Position numbers and translations under genes: made by a program. Shown here in pieces: positions 1-8,561 of a DNA stretch of 64,000 bases (position 1 is the stretch's first letter; every line of letters begins with the position of its first letter). Below the pieces are notes generated by a model that made no database searches, was not told the DNA's origin, and saw only the letters and a program-made list of their open reading frames with translations. Source of the stretch: Candidatus Parcubacteria bacterium (GTDB lineage: Bacteria; Patescibacteriota; Minisyncoccia; UBA6257; HR35); the NCBI GenBank assembly GCA_025999335.1, contig AP024681.1, positions 395,547 to 459,546 on the forward strand, written 5' to 3'.

Positions 1-105
1 AGCAAAGGTATGGTTAACAAAATTTTAAAAGAAGGAGCTAGGCAAGCTAACAGAATTGCCGAGAAAAATTTAAAGACAATTTTAAAAATAGTTGGCTTAC
101 GATGA
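1..105 (+). CDS. trpS: Tryptophanyl-tRNA synthetase, C-terminal end (partial)
   Basis: Frame 1 reads SKGMVNKILKEGARQANRIAEKNLKTILKIVGLR*, matching the TrpRS C-terminal ILxEGAxxAxxIAxxxLxxVxxxVGL pattern. Confidence 0.7.
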   Translation, partial: SKGMVNKILKEGARQANRIAEKNLKTILKIVGLR

Positions 106-161
106 AATTTGTGACATTAACAATTTTAAATGATTATTAATAGAAAAAATATAGCTATATC

Positions 162-191
162 TTGACAATAGATATGTATATAGTTTATAAT
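162..191 (+). promoter_or_regulatory. Sigma70-type promoter of rplJL
   Basis: TTGACA (162-167), 18-nt spacer, TATAAT (186-191). Confidence 0.7.
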
Positions 192-204
192 ATACATTGT
201 CTTT

Positions 205-251
205 ATTAAAGACCGAAGAAGCGAGGCATTAACATAAGACCTCCGGAGGTT
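205..251 (+). promoter_or_regulatory. Probable L10 leader (autogenous rplJL control element), compact form
   Basis: TAAAGACCGAAG...TTAA...CCTCCGGAGGT directly before the rplJ ATG resembles the conserved L10-leader kink-turn motifs. Confidence 0.5.
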
Positions 252-764
252 ATGAAAACGCGACAACAAAAACAACAAGCTATAAGCGAATTATCAGATT
301 TGTTTCAAAGAAGTAAAGGATATTTGATTGTTAATATTTTAAATTTAAATTCTGAACAACAAACAAAACTCAAGGAAGCCTTAAAAGATAACAACGCTCT
401 TTTTAAAGTTGTGAAAAAAAGTTTGATTTATAAAGCTTTCCCTGATTTTGCTATCAAGGACAATGAACTAAAATTTCCTTTTGCTTTTATTTATGATTTT
501 GATGAAAACTTAAAATGCTTGCAGGTGATTAAATCATTAAAAAATGAAAATATTAATATAGACCTGGAGAAAGGTTATTTATGGGATAGAATCTTTAGCA
601 AGGAAGATTTAGCCGTGATCGTAAACTTGCCTAGCAAAGATGAGTTATTGCGCGATTTGTTGTCAGTTTTAGCTAAAAATTTATATTATTTACATTATGC
701 TTTAACTTTTCCAATGCAAAAATTACTTTTAACGTTGTCGTTTATTAATAATAAAAAAACTTAA
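252..764 (+). CDS. rplJ: 50S ribosomal protein L10
   Basis: 170 aa; KxxAI..., FKVVKKSL and LPSKDELL motifs; upstream of L7/L12. Confidence 0.9.
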   Translation: MKTRQQKQQAISELSDLFQRSKGYLIVNILNLNSEQQTKLKEALKDNNALFKVVKKSLIYKAFPDFAIKDNELKFPFAFIYDFDENLKCLQVIKSLKNENINIDLEKGYLWDRIFSKEDLAVIVNLPSKDELLRDLLSVLAKNLYYLHYALTFPMQKLLLTLSFINNKKT

Positions 765-773
765 TTTATTATT

Positions 774-1151
774 ATGTCAGAGAAAATACAAAAAATTATA
801 GATGAAATTTCTAATTTAACAGTCGTTGAATTGAATTCTTTAATAAAAAGTTTAGAAGATAAATTTGGTATTAGTGCTATGCCAGCAGCGGCAGTTAATG
901 TGGCTGCAGCGCCATCGGCTGCTCCCGAGGCTGCTTCTTCGGTTGTTGATTTATTATTGGTCGATGCCGGCGCTAATAAAATCAATGTTATTAAGGTTAT
1001 TAAAGAATTAAATCCTAATATTTCTTTAAAGGATGCTAAAGATATAGCTGATAATCCTCCGCAAAAAGTTGCTGAAAAATTAGAGCGCGCTAAAGCTGAG
1101 GAATTTAAGAAAAAATTTGAAGCTGCTGGCGCTAAAGTTGAGATTAAGTAA
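774..1151 (+). CDS. rplL: 50S ribosomal protein L7/L12
   Basis: LTVVELNSLIKSLEDKFGISA, Ala-rich hinge, AGANKINVIK, LKDAKD, EAAGAKVEIK. Confidence 0.98.
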   Translation: MSEKIQKIIDEISNLTVVELNSLIKSLEDKFGISAMPAAAVNVAAAPSAAPEAASSVVDLLLVDAGANKINVIKVIKELNPNISLKDAKDIADNPPQKVAEKLERAKAEEFKKKFEAAGAKVEIK

Positions 1152-1220
1152 AAATTAAAAATATAATTTCACGAATAATAATTATTATATTTTCTTAGCA
1201 ATTTTAAGTTTATTTTTGCT

Positions 1221-2159
1221 TTAAAATTTTTTTAAAAAATATGATAATAAACGAAAATTTTCAGGATCTATAAAGCACTTTTTAACACCCATTTTCCATA
1301 CAGACCAATGATTTAAACCAATACGTGATTTTGCTAATTCAATAGCTATATTCATATTAATTTCGGGGTCTTTTAAAGCTGCTGCGCATTTAGAGTATAG
1401 TTCTTGATTTTTGACTCGACAGGTATAGACATTACGGGGATCATCGCGTTCAAAAATATCACCAGGATTACATAGGGTATTATCCTTGGTTCTAAAACTA
1501 TGTACTGCCATATTGACTTGAAAAAGACCAATAGAAAAAGAATTACCATCTTTGCATTTATCTACTTTAGATTCCATATTGCTTTCACCGCCGCTTTCAT
1601 AAAGACAAATAAGAGCTAATCCATCAGCTACCTTAAAATTATAGTTGCCTATTGCTTCTTTAATTTTAATTCCGATTTTATCCGAATCGCAGGCAGAAGA
1701 ACCAATAGGTATGTCGCATTTATATCTTGTATTATAAGGGTTAAACGAATATTTATTAATTATATCTTCAGGTATTTCTACACCCTCGTCGCCGCCGCCA
1801 GCTCCTGGAAATGTTCCGGGAACATTGGGATCAAACGGAGGTAAGTCTACTGTAACTTTAGGAATGAATAATTTTACATTTGTGAAAATATCAGCGTTGA
1901 CAAAATACATAATAGCGGGCATAATAAGAGCAATAATTAAAGCAATAAGGGATTTTTTCATTTTATCTTTACCTTCTTGGGCATTGTAAATATTTGCTGC
2001 AGAAAGAATATATTGAAAAGCGCCGAAAACAAAAAACAAAAAAGATAAAGCTATTAAAATTGCAACTAACAAATTATAGATAGCTTGAAAACAGGTAGCA
2101 ATATCTGAGCATTGAGTTAATAATAATTCTGATGGTTGTGGTAGGTTAATGATTGGCAT
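1221..2159 (-). CDS. CPR VirB2/TrbC-like pilin N-terminus fused to a lytic transglycosylase (lysozyme-like SLT) domain
   Basis: N-terminal two-TM hairpin (..FGAFQYILSAAN...EGKDKMKKSLIALII..); C-terminal ESGG, SIGLFQVN, DPEINMNIA and W-x2-W motifs. Confidence 0.7.
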   Translation of the reverse strand: MPIINLPQPSELLLTQCSDIATCFQAIYNLLVAILIALSFLFFVFGAFQYILSAANIYNAQEGKDKMKKSLIALIIALIMPAIMYFVNADIFTNVKLFIPKVTVDLPPFDPNVPGTFPGAGGGDEGVEIPEDIINKYSFNPYNTRYKCDIPIGSSACDSDKIGIKIKEAIGNYNFKVADGLALICLYESGGESNMESKVDKCKDGNSFSIGLFQVNMAVHSFRTKDNTLCNPGDIFERDDPRNVYTCRVKNQELYSKCAAALKDPEINMNIAIELAKSRIGLNHWSVWKMGVKKCFIDPENFRLLSYFLKKF

Positions 2160-2237
2160 AAATTAATACTTTTAAGCAAATTAATGATTAAATTTAATTT
2201 AAATTATAATTTAATTATAATTTATGTTTAATCAACT

Positions 2238-2310
2238 GCCCCTGTAGCTCAATAGGAAGAGCGCGTGGCTTCGGACCACGAGGTTGGGGGTTCGACTCCC
2301 TCCAGGGGTG
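2238..2310 (+). tRNA. tRNA-Arg(UCG); CCA not encoded
   Basis: GCCCCTG/CAGGGGT acceptor stem, CGTGG-CTTCGGA-CCACG anticodon arm, GTTCGAC T loop. Confidence 0.93.
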
Positions 2311-2336
2311 CTAAGAGCTAAACAGACTAGAAAATA

Positions 2337-3113
2337 ATGCCTATTAACCATCAAACAAAAAATCAGCAAAAATCATCTATTAACAGTCTAACTCTTTTAT
2401 TATTTTTTATAGCAGGCGCTTTGGTAATTTTAGGAATCAATGCCGGCTTATTAAAAATTTCTACGGCGCCGAGCCAGAACGCAGATAATTTGCAATTAAC
2501 AACTAAATCTCTTGATATATATTCTCAGAAACCCATTGATAATCCTATAAAACCTTTAGGCGGTAGTTTTTTAACTGAATCTGACAGTCAGCAACAATCA
2601 ATAGTTTATCTTTGCGCAAACTCAAAAGAACACGCTAAAGAAATAATCAAAGATTATTTTTATACCTCAGTAAATGAAAACGATATTGTTAACCTTGAAG
2701 TTTATCCGGAATATATCGCTGTTCATTTTGCTAAAAAAATTCGCGATCATCAACAATGGAATATTTTACGTTGTGATTATTTTATTGATCAAGCGTCTTT
2801 TTCCCCTTATCAAGATGTTCAGTTGGCTAAACTCGGTATTTTTAAAGGCAAACCGTCAAAAGAATCTTTAAATTATTTAATATGGTTTTTAATAAGAATA
2901 GGAGTTGTTGAATTAGAAGGATCTAACCAGGGTGTTGATATTTATAAAAGTGATATTTTTGAAAACGATAAAGAAATTGTAAGGATAGACCAAGGAATAT
3001 ACTGGACCGCTAACGATGTTCCGCCATTTGAAACCCGTAAATTAAAAGTTGAATATGAGTATCGTTTACGAAAAAGCGACGGACAACTTTTTTATTCTCG
3101 AATAGTAAAATAA
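2337..3113 (+). CDS. Hypothetical protein with N-terminal membrane anchor
   Basis: 258-aa ORF, one hydrophobic helix (LTLLLFFIAGALVILGI), no recognisable motif. Confidence 0.65.
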   Translation: MPINHQTKNQQKSSINSLTLLLFFIAGALVILGINAGLLKISTAPSQNADNLQLTTKSLDIYSQKPIDNPIKPLGGSFLTESDSQQQSIVYLCANSKEHAKEIIKDYFYTSVNENDIVNLEVYPEYIAVHFAKKIRDHQQWNILRCDYFIDQASFSPYQDVQLAKLGIFKGKPSKESLNYLIWFLIRIGVVELEGSNQGVDIYKSDIFENDKEIVRIDQGIYWTANDVPPFETRKLKVEYEYRLRKSDGQLFYSRIVK

Positions 3114-3177
3114 AAATCTAACAAATTTTAGTAATTGATTGTATAAACAAGATATCTCCTTTAAAATAAAACACGGA

Positions 3178-4173
3178 TTACAACTTTTTTCTTTTTAATT
3201 TCTCCCAAAAATATATCAACCAATACCTTCCAGAAAATCTGTAATCAATTGTTGGAAAAAGTTTAATTAATTCACCGCCAAACCCCTTTTTAAATTGAGT
3301 TAAACCATACCAAGGATGACGAGAAGTTTCTTTTCGAGCTATTCCCCAAAAATTGTAAAATTTACAACCCCGTTTTTTTGCCTCTTGAATAATTTCCCAT
3401 TGAAGTTTATAATTTAGTGGTTCTTTAATTGGATAAGATGCTGAATGATGATAAAAAGCAAGCTTATGCGAAAAAATAATTAAAGCTACAGAATAATATT
3501 TATTTTCAACTTTACCTAAAAAAAACAGAGCTTTGTTTTCTTTGGCAAAAATTTCAAATTCTTTTTTAATAAATTCTTTTTGATAGGGAACAAAGTTTTT
3601 GCGTTTAGCTAAGTCTTCATAAATTGACCAAAAAGTTTCAAATTTTTCTAAATTATCGGTTTTTTCAATTTCTAAAAAAGGTTTTTTTAAGGAATCTAAA
3701 ACTGCTTTTCGATGGCGATCATTCATTTCTTTAAGCATTTCTTCGTCATTTTTAATTTCTTTTATCCAGAAATTTTCGGAGACAGCATAGGTTGGCGCTA
3801 AAATAAAACCAATTTTTTTAAAATCAATTTTTAAATTTTCAGGTTCCGCGAGATTGATTCTTAAAAAGTCATATTTTTTAAAATAATTATTTTCTTTTAA
3901 AAATTCTAAAATTTTACTTAATCCGTTTTCGAAATGCTCTTTTTTAATTACTGGTCCATGATGACAAACCAAACCTTTGCCTCTTTTTCCTTGATAACCA
4001 ATTAATTGACAAACGCCAATTAAATCATTTTCAAAAATTCCCAATCTTAAAATTTCTCTCCCTAAATTTTTTTCAACTTCGCCATACTCAAAATCTTGCA
4101 AAAAACTTAAATAATTATTATCATCTAAAAATTTATTCCATTGATTTTGATTTTCTAAAATTTTTATTTCCAT
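3178..4173 (-). CDS. FemAB/FemX-family peptidoglycan peptidyltransferase
   Basis: SFLQxxEYG, HHGPV, YYHSAS-like (FYHHSAS), LQWEIIQEAKKRGCKFYNFWG, GLTQFKKGFGG. Confidence 0.92.
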   Translation of the reverse strand: MEIKILENQNQWNKFLDDNNYLSFLQDFEYGEVEKNLGREILRLGIFENDLIGVCQLIGYQGKRGKGLVCHHGPVIKKEHFENGLSKILEFLKENNYFKKYDFLRINLAEPENLKIDFKKIGFILAPTYAVSENFWIKEIKNDEEMLKEMNDRHRKAVLDSLKKPFLEIEKTDNLEKFETFWSIYEDLAKRKNFVPYQKEFIKKEFEIFAKENKALFFLGKVENKYYSVALIIFSHKLAFYHHSASYPIKEPLNYKLQWEIIQEAKKRGCKFYNFWGIARKETSRHPWYGLTQFKKGFGGELIKLFPTIDYRFSGRYWLIYFWEKLKRKKL

Positions 4174-4462
4174 AGGATTTGAGGTTATTTTTTATTATTT
4201 TGAATTACTTTTGCCTAAATAAAAGTAAAAATGATTTTGTCAAGGTTTATGATTAACTTTTTGCTTATTATTGAAGCAAAAATAATTAACCGCAAACTTT
4301 TCGGCTGAATTTTTATAGAAATTATTATATCATTTAAAAATTTTGAATCCTAAAAAATTAAATGATTAAAAAACTCCTTTCATTTTTTATTTAAATTGAA
4401 TGCAATAAGTTTTGTAATTATAATTGTAATTATAATTAGTTGCATTATTTTAATTGATCCTC

Positions 4463-4491
4463 TTGACAAATTATAATTTTTATGCTATATT
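4463..4491 (+). promoter_or_regulatory. Sigma70 promoter with no downstream + strand CDS
   Basis: TTGACA 4463-4468, 17-nt spacer, extended -10 TGcTATATT (4483-4491). Confidence 0.6.
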
Positions 4492-4497
4492 TATAAT

Positions 4498-4575
4498 GGC
4501 ACCCTCCCGTCCACCCCCATCCGCACCGCACCGCGGGGGATCTTGTTTTTCTACAAGATCCCCCATTTTTTATTT
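4498..4575 (+). ncRNA. Candidate C-rich small RNA (~75 nt)
   Basis: Bounded by a consensus promoter and an intrinsic terminator; C-rich 5' tract in an otherwise very AT-rich region. Confidence 0.5.
4535..4575 (+). terminator. Rho-independent terminator
   Basis: 12-bp stem GGGGGATCTTGT/ACAAGATCCCCC, 6-nt loop, then ATTTTTTATTT. Confidence 0.8.
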
Positions 4576-4640
4576 ACGTTTATTTATAATCTCTGGATAA
4601 AAATAAATATACTTTAGTTAATTTTTGCTAGATATTTATA

Positions 4641-5921
4641 TTAGATATAGTTATATTTTTGTAATAAGTTTATTATTGTTTGGGCTTGTTGTTCGTTAAT
4701 ATTTGGATGTGTTGGTAAATTAAGAAGTTTGCGGCTAACATTTTCAGCCTTTGGACAAGTTCCTAATTTATAAGCAAAATTTTCTATATTAGAACAAGGC
4801 GCTAAAACGCATCTATACCAATCGCCAAGATAGATATTTTGTTTTTTAAATTTTTCTAAAACTTTATCAGGATTTTGAGAGAAAATAGGAAATCTTAAGA
4901 AAATAGGTTCGGAATCATTATTGATAGTAAAATTTTTTAAACCTGCGGCTATATAAATTTGAGCAATTTTTTTTCGTTGCTCATTAAATCTTTCTAATTT
5001 GTTTAATTGGTTTACTAATAAAGGAAATAGAATTTTAGGGAATTTAGCAAGATAGTTCTTTGGTTGTTTGCCTTGTTTTTCAAGAGAGGAAACCATTTCT
5101 AAAGTAAAATTTTTAGTTCTTAAAAATTTTAAGTAGATTTTCATTAGGAAGTTGTAATTTTCTTTTGCTTTATAAAGTATTTTGCCGGTGAATAAAGTTT
5201 TTTTAATTTCTTTAGAATCTAAATCCGGCAGTTCTTGGTATTTTTGTCGAATTTTTTCATTGAAGTTTTTATTTCTAACAATTAAAGCACCACCAGTGAT
5301 AGCAGAGATAACTTTATTGCGGTTAAAGCTTAATAGTACAAAATCGCCAAAATTTCCTAAATAGACGCCTTTATATTTTGCACCTAAAGAATGAGTTAAA
5401 TTTTCAATGATTAAAAGATTGTTTTTTTTAGCAATATTTAGAATTTCTTCAATTTTAGCTGGGATACCGAAAGTATTTTGAATAATTATCGCTTTTGTTG
5501 TTTCATTAATTTTGTTTTTTAAATCATCGATATTTAAATTAAAACTTTCATCAATGTCAATATAAAGAGGCTGGAAACCAGCAAATTTTATAGCATTAGG
5601 GACAACTAAACAGGAAAAAGCTTGGGTTAATATATGCGGATCGCGGCGAATATTACTTGCGTTTATTTGCGTTTTTAAAACGTTCGTGTTTATTCGCGTA
5701 TCTATATTTTCCAATAAAAAACTTAAAGCACTTCTAGCTGAATTAAAAAAATAAATTTCTGTATTAGGAAAATAAGTAAATAAAAATTTTTTTGCTTTTT
5801 CTTCTAAGTTTTCAAAATCAAAAGAATAATTTTTTAATAATTTATCTATAATTTCAAAATCATCATATTCAAAATTTGGAACTAAATCAATGTTAATTGG
5901 TTTTTTCATTTGTTTAATCAT
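4641..5921 (-). CDS. DegT/DnrJ/EryC1/StrS-family PLP-dependent aminotransferase
   Basis: FNSARSAL, QAFSCLVVPNAI, QNTFGIP, SFNRNK(PLP Lys)...GGAL, CPKAE..SRKLLNLPTHP. Confidence 0.9.
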   Translation of the reverse strand: MIKQMKKPINIDLVPNFEYDDFEIIDKLLKNYSFDFENLEEKAKKFLFTYFPNTEIYFFNSARSALSFLLENIDTRINTNVLKTQINASNIRRDPHILTQAFSCLVVPNAIKFAGFQPLYIDIDESFNLNIDDLKNKINETTKAIIIQNTFGIPAKIEEILNIAKKNNLLIIENLTHSLGAKYKGVYLGNFGDFVLLSFNRNKVISAITGGALIVRNKNFNEKIRQKYQELPDLDSKEIKKTLFTGKILYKAKENYNFLMKIYLKFLRTKNFTLEMVSSLEKQGKQPKNYLAKFPKILFPLLVNQLNKLERFNEQRKKIAQIYIAAGLKNFTINNDSEPIFLRFPIFSQNPDKVLEKFKKQNIYLGDWYRCVLAPCSNIENFAYKLGTCPKAENVSRKLLNLPTHPNINEQQAQTIINLLQKYNYI

Positions 5922-6033
5922 TTAAACCTTTGCAGACTATACGCAAACTGTCGCCAACTATTTCGGGAGCTTTTATGAACTTTCTTATTAATCGTGAAGT
6001 ATTATATGCCGGTATTTTTTTACTATAGTTCAT
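5914..6033 (-). CDS. Possible 39-aa small ORF or remnant coupling murF to the aminotransferase
   Basis: ATG 1 nt after the murF stop; its stop overlaps the aminotransferase ATG (MNYSKKIPAYNTSRLIRKFIKAPEIVGDSLRIVCKGLND). Confidence 0.3.
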   Translation of the reverse strand: MNYSKKIPAYNTSRLIRKFIKAPEIVGDSLRIVCKGLND

Positions 6034-6034
6034 A

Positions 6035-7570
6035 TTAATTCATAATAAATTTTATTTTTTCCGGAAATCTATTAAAAATCCAAATCCCGATTTTTTTATT
6101 TTTTAAACTTTGTAAGAACAATTCTAATTCTTCTGCGTTTTTAATTAGCCATACTTTTTCTTTTAAAATTTCTTTAAAAATTTCAATATAATCATTAGAA
6201 GTTAAAATGATTTTATCAAAACTTAAAAATTGTAATGCTAATTCTTTATAAATTATTTCTGCTTCTGCGCCTAGTTCAAAAAGACCATTAAAAACAATTA
6301 TTTTATAATCAAACTCTAAATTTTTAAAAAATTTAATACTATCAAAAACTCCTTTAGGATTGGCATTGTAAGAATCGTCAAAAATATTTATGTTTTCTTT
6401 AATCTTTAGTTTTAAGAATCCTTCAGGTAGTTCTAAAGTTTTAATTTTTTCATAATATTCTTTTAAATTATCAATTAAAGATAGATAAGTTAAAATTCCG
6501 CAAAGATTTTCAATTTGCATAGGGAAAATAATTTTTGTGGTAAAAATTTCATCTTTAAATTTAAAAACTGTTTTTTCTAAGTTTTGTTCCAAAATTGTAT
6601 AAGGTTCGTAAAGATATAATTTAATTTGCGGTGCTTTTACTTTTTCAATAGCGTTTTTTAGTTTTTCAAAATATTCATGATTTTGATTAACGATTAAAAT
6701 TCCTTCCTTCATCCAGGTTAAAATTTCAACGCCTTCGCCTTGAATAATGTTTTCTATGCTTCCGAACAGAAATAAATGTTGCTTGGTAATACCGGTGATA
6801 AAAGCAATATGAGGAGTGATGTATTGAGTTATCCATTTAACATTACCTAAATAATAAGAACCAAATTCAATTATTAAATAATCATAATTTTCTAAATCAG
6901 TTTTTAAGACAAATTTTAAAAGCGCATATTCGTGATTAATTCTTGGAGGCGTCGAGATGACTTTGTATTTTTCCTGTAATAGTTGTTCTAAAAATTCTTT
7001 AGTTGATGATTTGCCATAACTACCAACAATTCCGATAATTTTTAAATTCTTGTTTTTTGTTAATTTTTGCTTAACTTTTTTGCCTAAATAATTTAAATAT
7101 GGCTTAACAAGTAAATCAAATATACTAATAGCGATTGTAAAAACTATAAATTGACTTACCCACAAAGATAATAAAGTTGTTATTATTTTATTATTATTAA
7201 CTATATATAAGAGAAAGGTATTGATAATAAAGCTAAAAATAGTGATAATGATTACTTTAGGCGTAAAAAAAATTTTTTTTATTAAAGAGCGTCTCAAAAT
7301 AAATATGAAAATAATTAAGAGGAGAGCGATAAAATTTAAGAATTGAGATAAGAAATTTATTTTTTGCAAAGAAAAAAAATCAAACCATATTGATCCAACT
7401 ACTAAAAGATATAGCAAATATTCTTTTTTATTAAAAATGAGTTTCCGTGAGCTTGGAAGATAAAAATGAGCTACGGCTCTTTTGAAAAGATAATTTTTGA
7501 TTTGATAAAATCTTAAAACCGCCGTGCCATTAATTAAAAATATAATAAGAGAAAGAAAAAAACTAATCAT
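6035..7570 (-). CDS. murF: Mur ligase, MurF-like, with N-terminal multi-TM domain
   Basis: GIVGSYGKSSTKE P-loop, IIEFG, ITGITKQH, DDSYNANPKG, GLFELG. Confidence 0.82.
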   Translation of the reverse strand: MISFFLSLIIFLINGTAVLRFYQIKNYLFKRAVAHFYLPSSRKLIFNKKEYLLYLLVVGSIWFDFFSLQKINFLSQFLNFIALLLIIFIFILRRSLIKKIFFTPKVIIITIFSFIINTFLLYIVNNNKIITTLLSLWVSQFIVFTIAISIFDLLVKPYLNYLGKKVKQKLTKNKNLKIIGIVGSYGKSSTKEFLEQLLQEKYKVISTPPRINHEYALLKFVLKTDLENYDYLIIEFGSYYLGNVKWITQYITPHIAFITGITKQHLFLFGSIENIIQGEGVEILTWMKEGILIVNQNHEYFEKLKNAIEKVKAPQIKLYLYEPYTILEQNLEKTVFKFKDEIFTTKIIFPMQIENLCGILTYLSLIDNLKEYYEKIKTLELPEGFLKLKIKENINIFDDSYNANPKGVFDSIKFFKNLEFDYKIIVFNGLFELGAEAEIIYKELALQFLSFDKIILTSNDYIEIFKEILKEKVWLIKNAEELELFLQSLKNKKIGIWIFNRFPEKIKFIMN

Positions 7571-7783
7571 TACTTTTGTAAAAACTTAACAAAGATAGAA
7601 TTTTATGACAATAAAATCGCAATAAATGACATAGTAATTATATCATCGTTTAGAAAAGACTTTAATACTCTGCGAAGCAAAAATATTTTTACTTTAAAAA
7701 CAAACAAGATAAGCAAAAATTTTTACATTGAAGAGGTAATTACCTATTTTCGCGAACAAACTTTAAAAAAAATTTTATCGGAA

Positions 7784-8488
7784 TCAGATATTTAAAGCTT
7801 CTTTTAATATTTTAGCGAATTTTTCAGGATCTTTTTTGTGGTAACTATGACCTCCTTCAAAAACGATTAGCTGAGAATTTTTAATTAATTGTTGTAACAA
7901 TTTGCCTTCTTTTAAAGGAGTTATTTTGTCATAGACGCCCCAAAGCATTATTGTTGGTACGCTAACTTCTTTAGCTTTTTCGCTTAAATCTTGATATATA
8001 TTTTTCATAGTTTTTTTCAAATTATCATCAACATTAAAATAATCATAACTTCTGACAATAAAACGATAGATAATTTTTTTTATAAATAAAGCTATTTTTT
8101 GAGGAAAAATTTTTTCAACTTTTTTAACAATGCGAGCCAATGTTCTTAAAATTTTTACTTTAATTTTTTTTGAAGTTGATCTAACAATTGCTGGATTGTA
8201 GAGAATTAATTTTTTTACTTTTTGTGGGTGTTTAATAGCAAAAAGCATAGCCAAAGCTCCACCAAAGGAATGTCCTAAAAGATAAAAATTGTCAAGCTGT
8301 TTAGTGTTTTCTTCTATAAATTGAATAAAATCTTCAAAGGTATAAGGGCGAGGTAATGGTGTTTTAAATCCAGGTAAATCTAAAGCTCTGATAACATTAA
8401 AGTCTTGATTAATTAGCTCAATAACTGATTGATAAGAATTGCTACTATCTCGCCAGCCATGGATGATGACTAAATTTTCTTTTGGCAT
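7784..8488 (-). CDS. Alpha/beta hydrolase
   Basis: IHGW, DLPGF, GHSFGG nucleophile elbow, WGxxD, GGH. Confidence 0.92.
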   Translation of the reverse strand: MPKENLVIIHGWRDSSNSYQSVIELINQDFNVIRALDLPGFKTPLPRPYTFEDFIQFIEENTKQLDNFYLLGHSFGGALAMLFAIKHPQKVKKLILYNPAIVRSTSKKIKVKILRTLARIVKKVEKIFPQKIALFIKKIIYRFIVRSYDYFNVDDNLKKTMKNIYQDLSEKAKEVSVPTIMLWGVYDKITPLKEGKLLQQLIKNSQLIVFEGGHSYHKKDPEKFAKILKEALNI

Positions 8489-8561
8489 AATTTTAAATTA
8501 AATGATTAATTGCGATTTTTATTTTAAAAACACAATATATTAATTAAATTATAATATTATA

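Noticed and set aside
1165-1200. dif-like site between convergent genes
   Set aside because: Only a weak match to the XerD arm TTATGTTAAAT; other TTATGTTAAAA hits (12942, 30369) are better explained as extended -10 promoters
4496-4600. Pro-rich leader peptide MAPSRPPPSAPHR acting as an attenuator
   Set aside because: ATG is only 4 nt from the -10 and there is no downstream same-strand gene to attenuate; kept as an sRNA candidate instead
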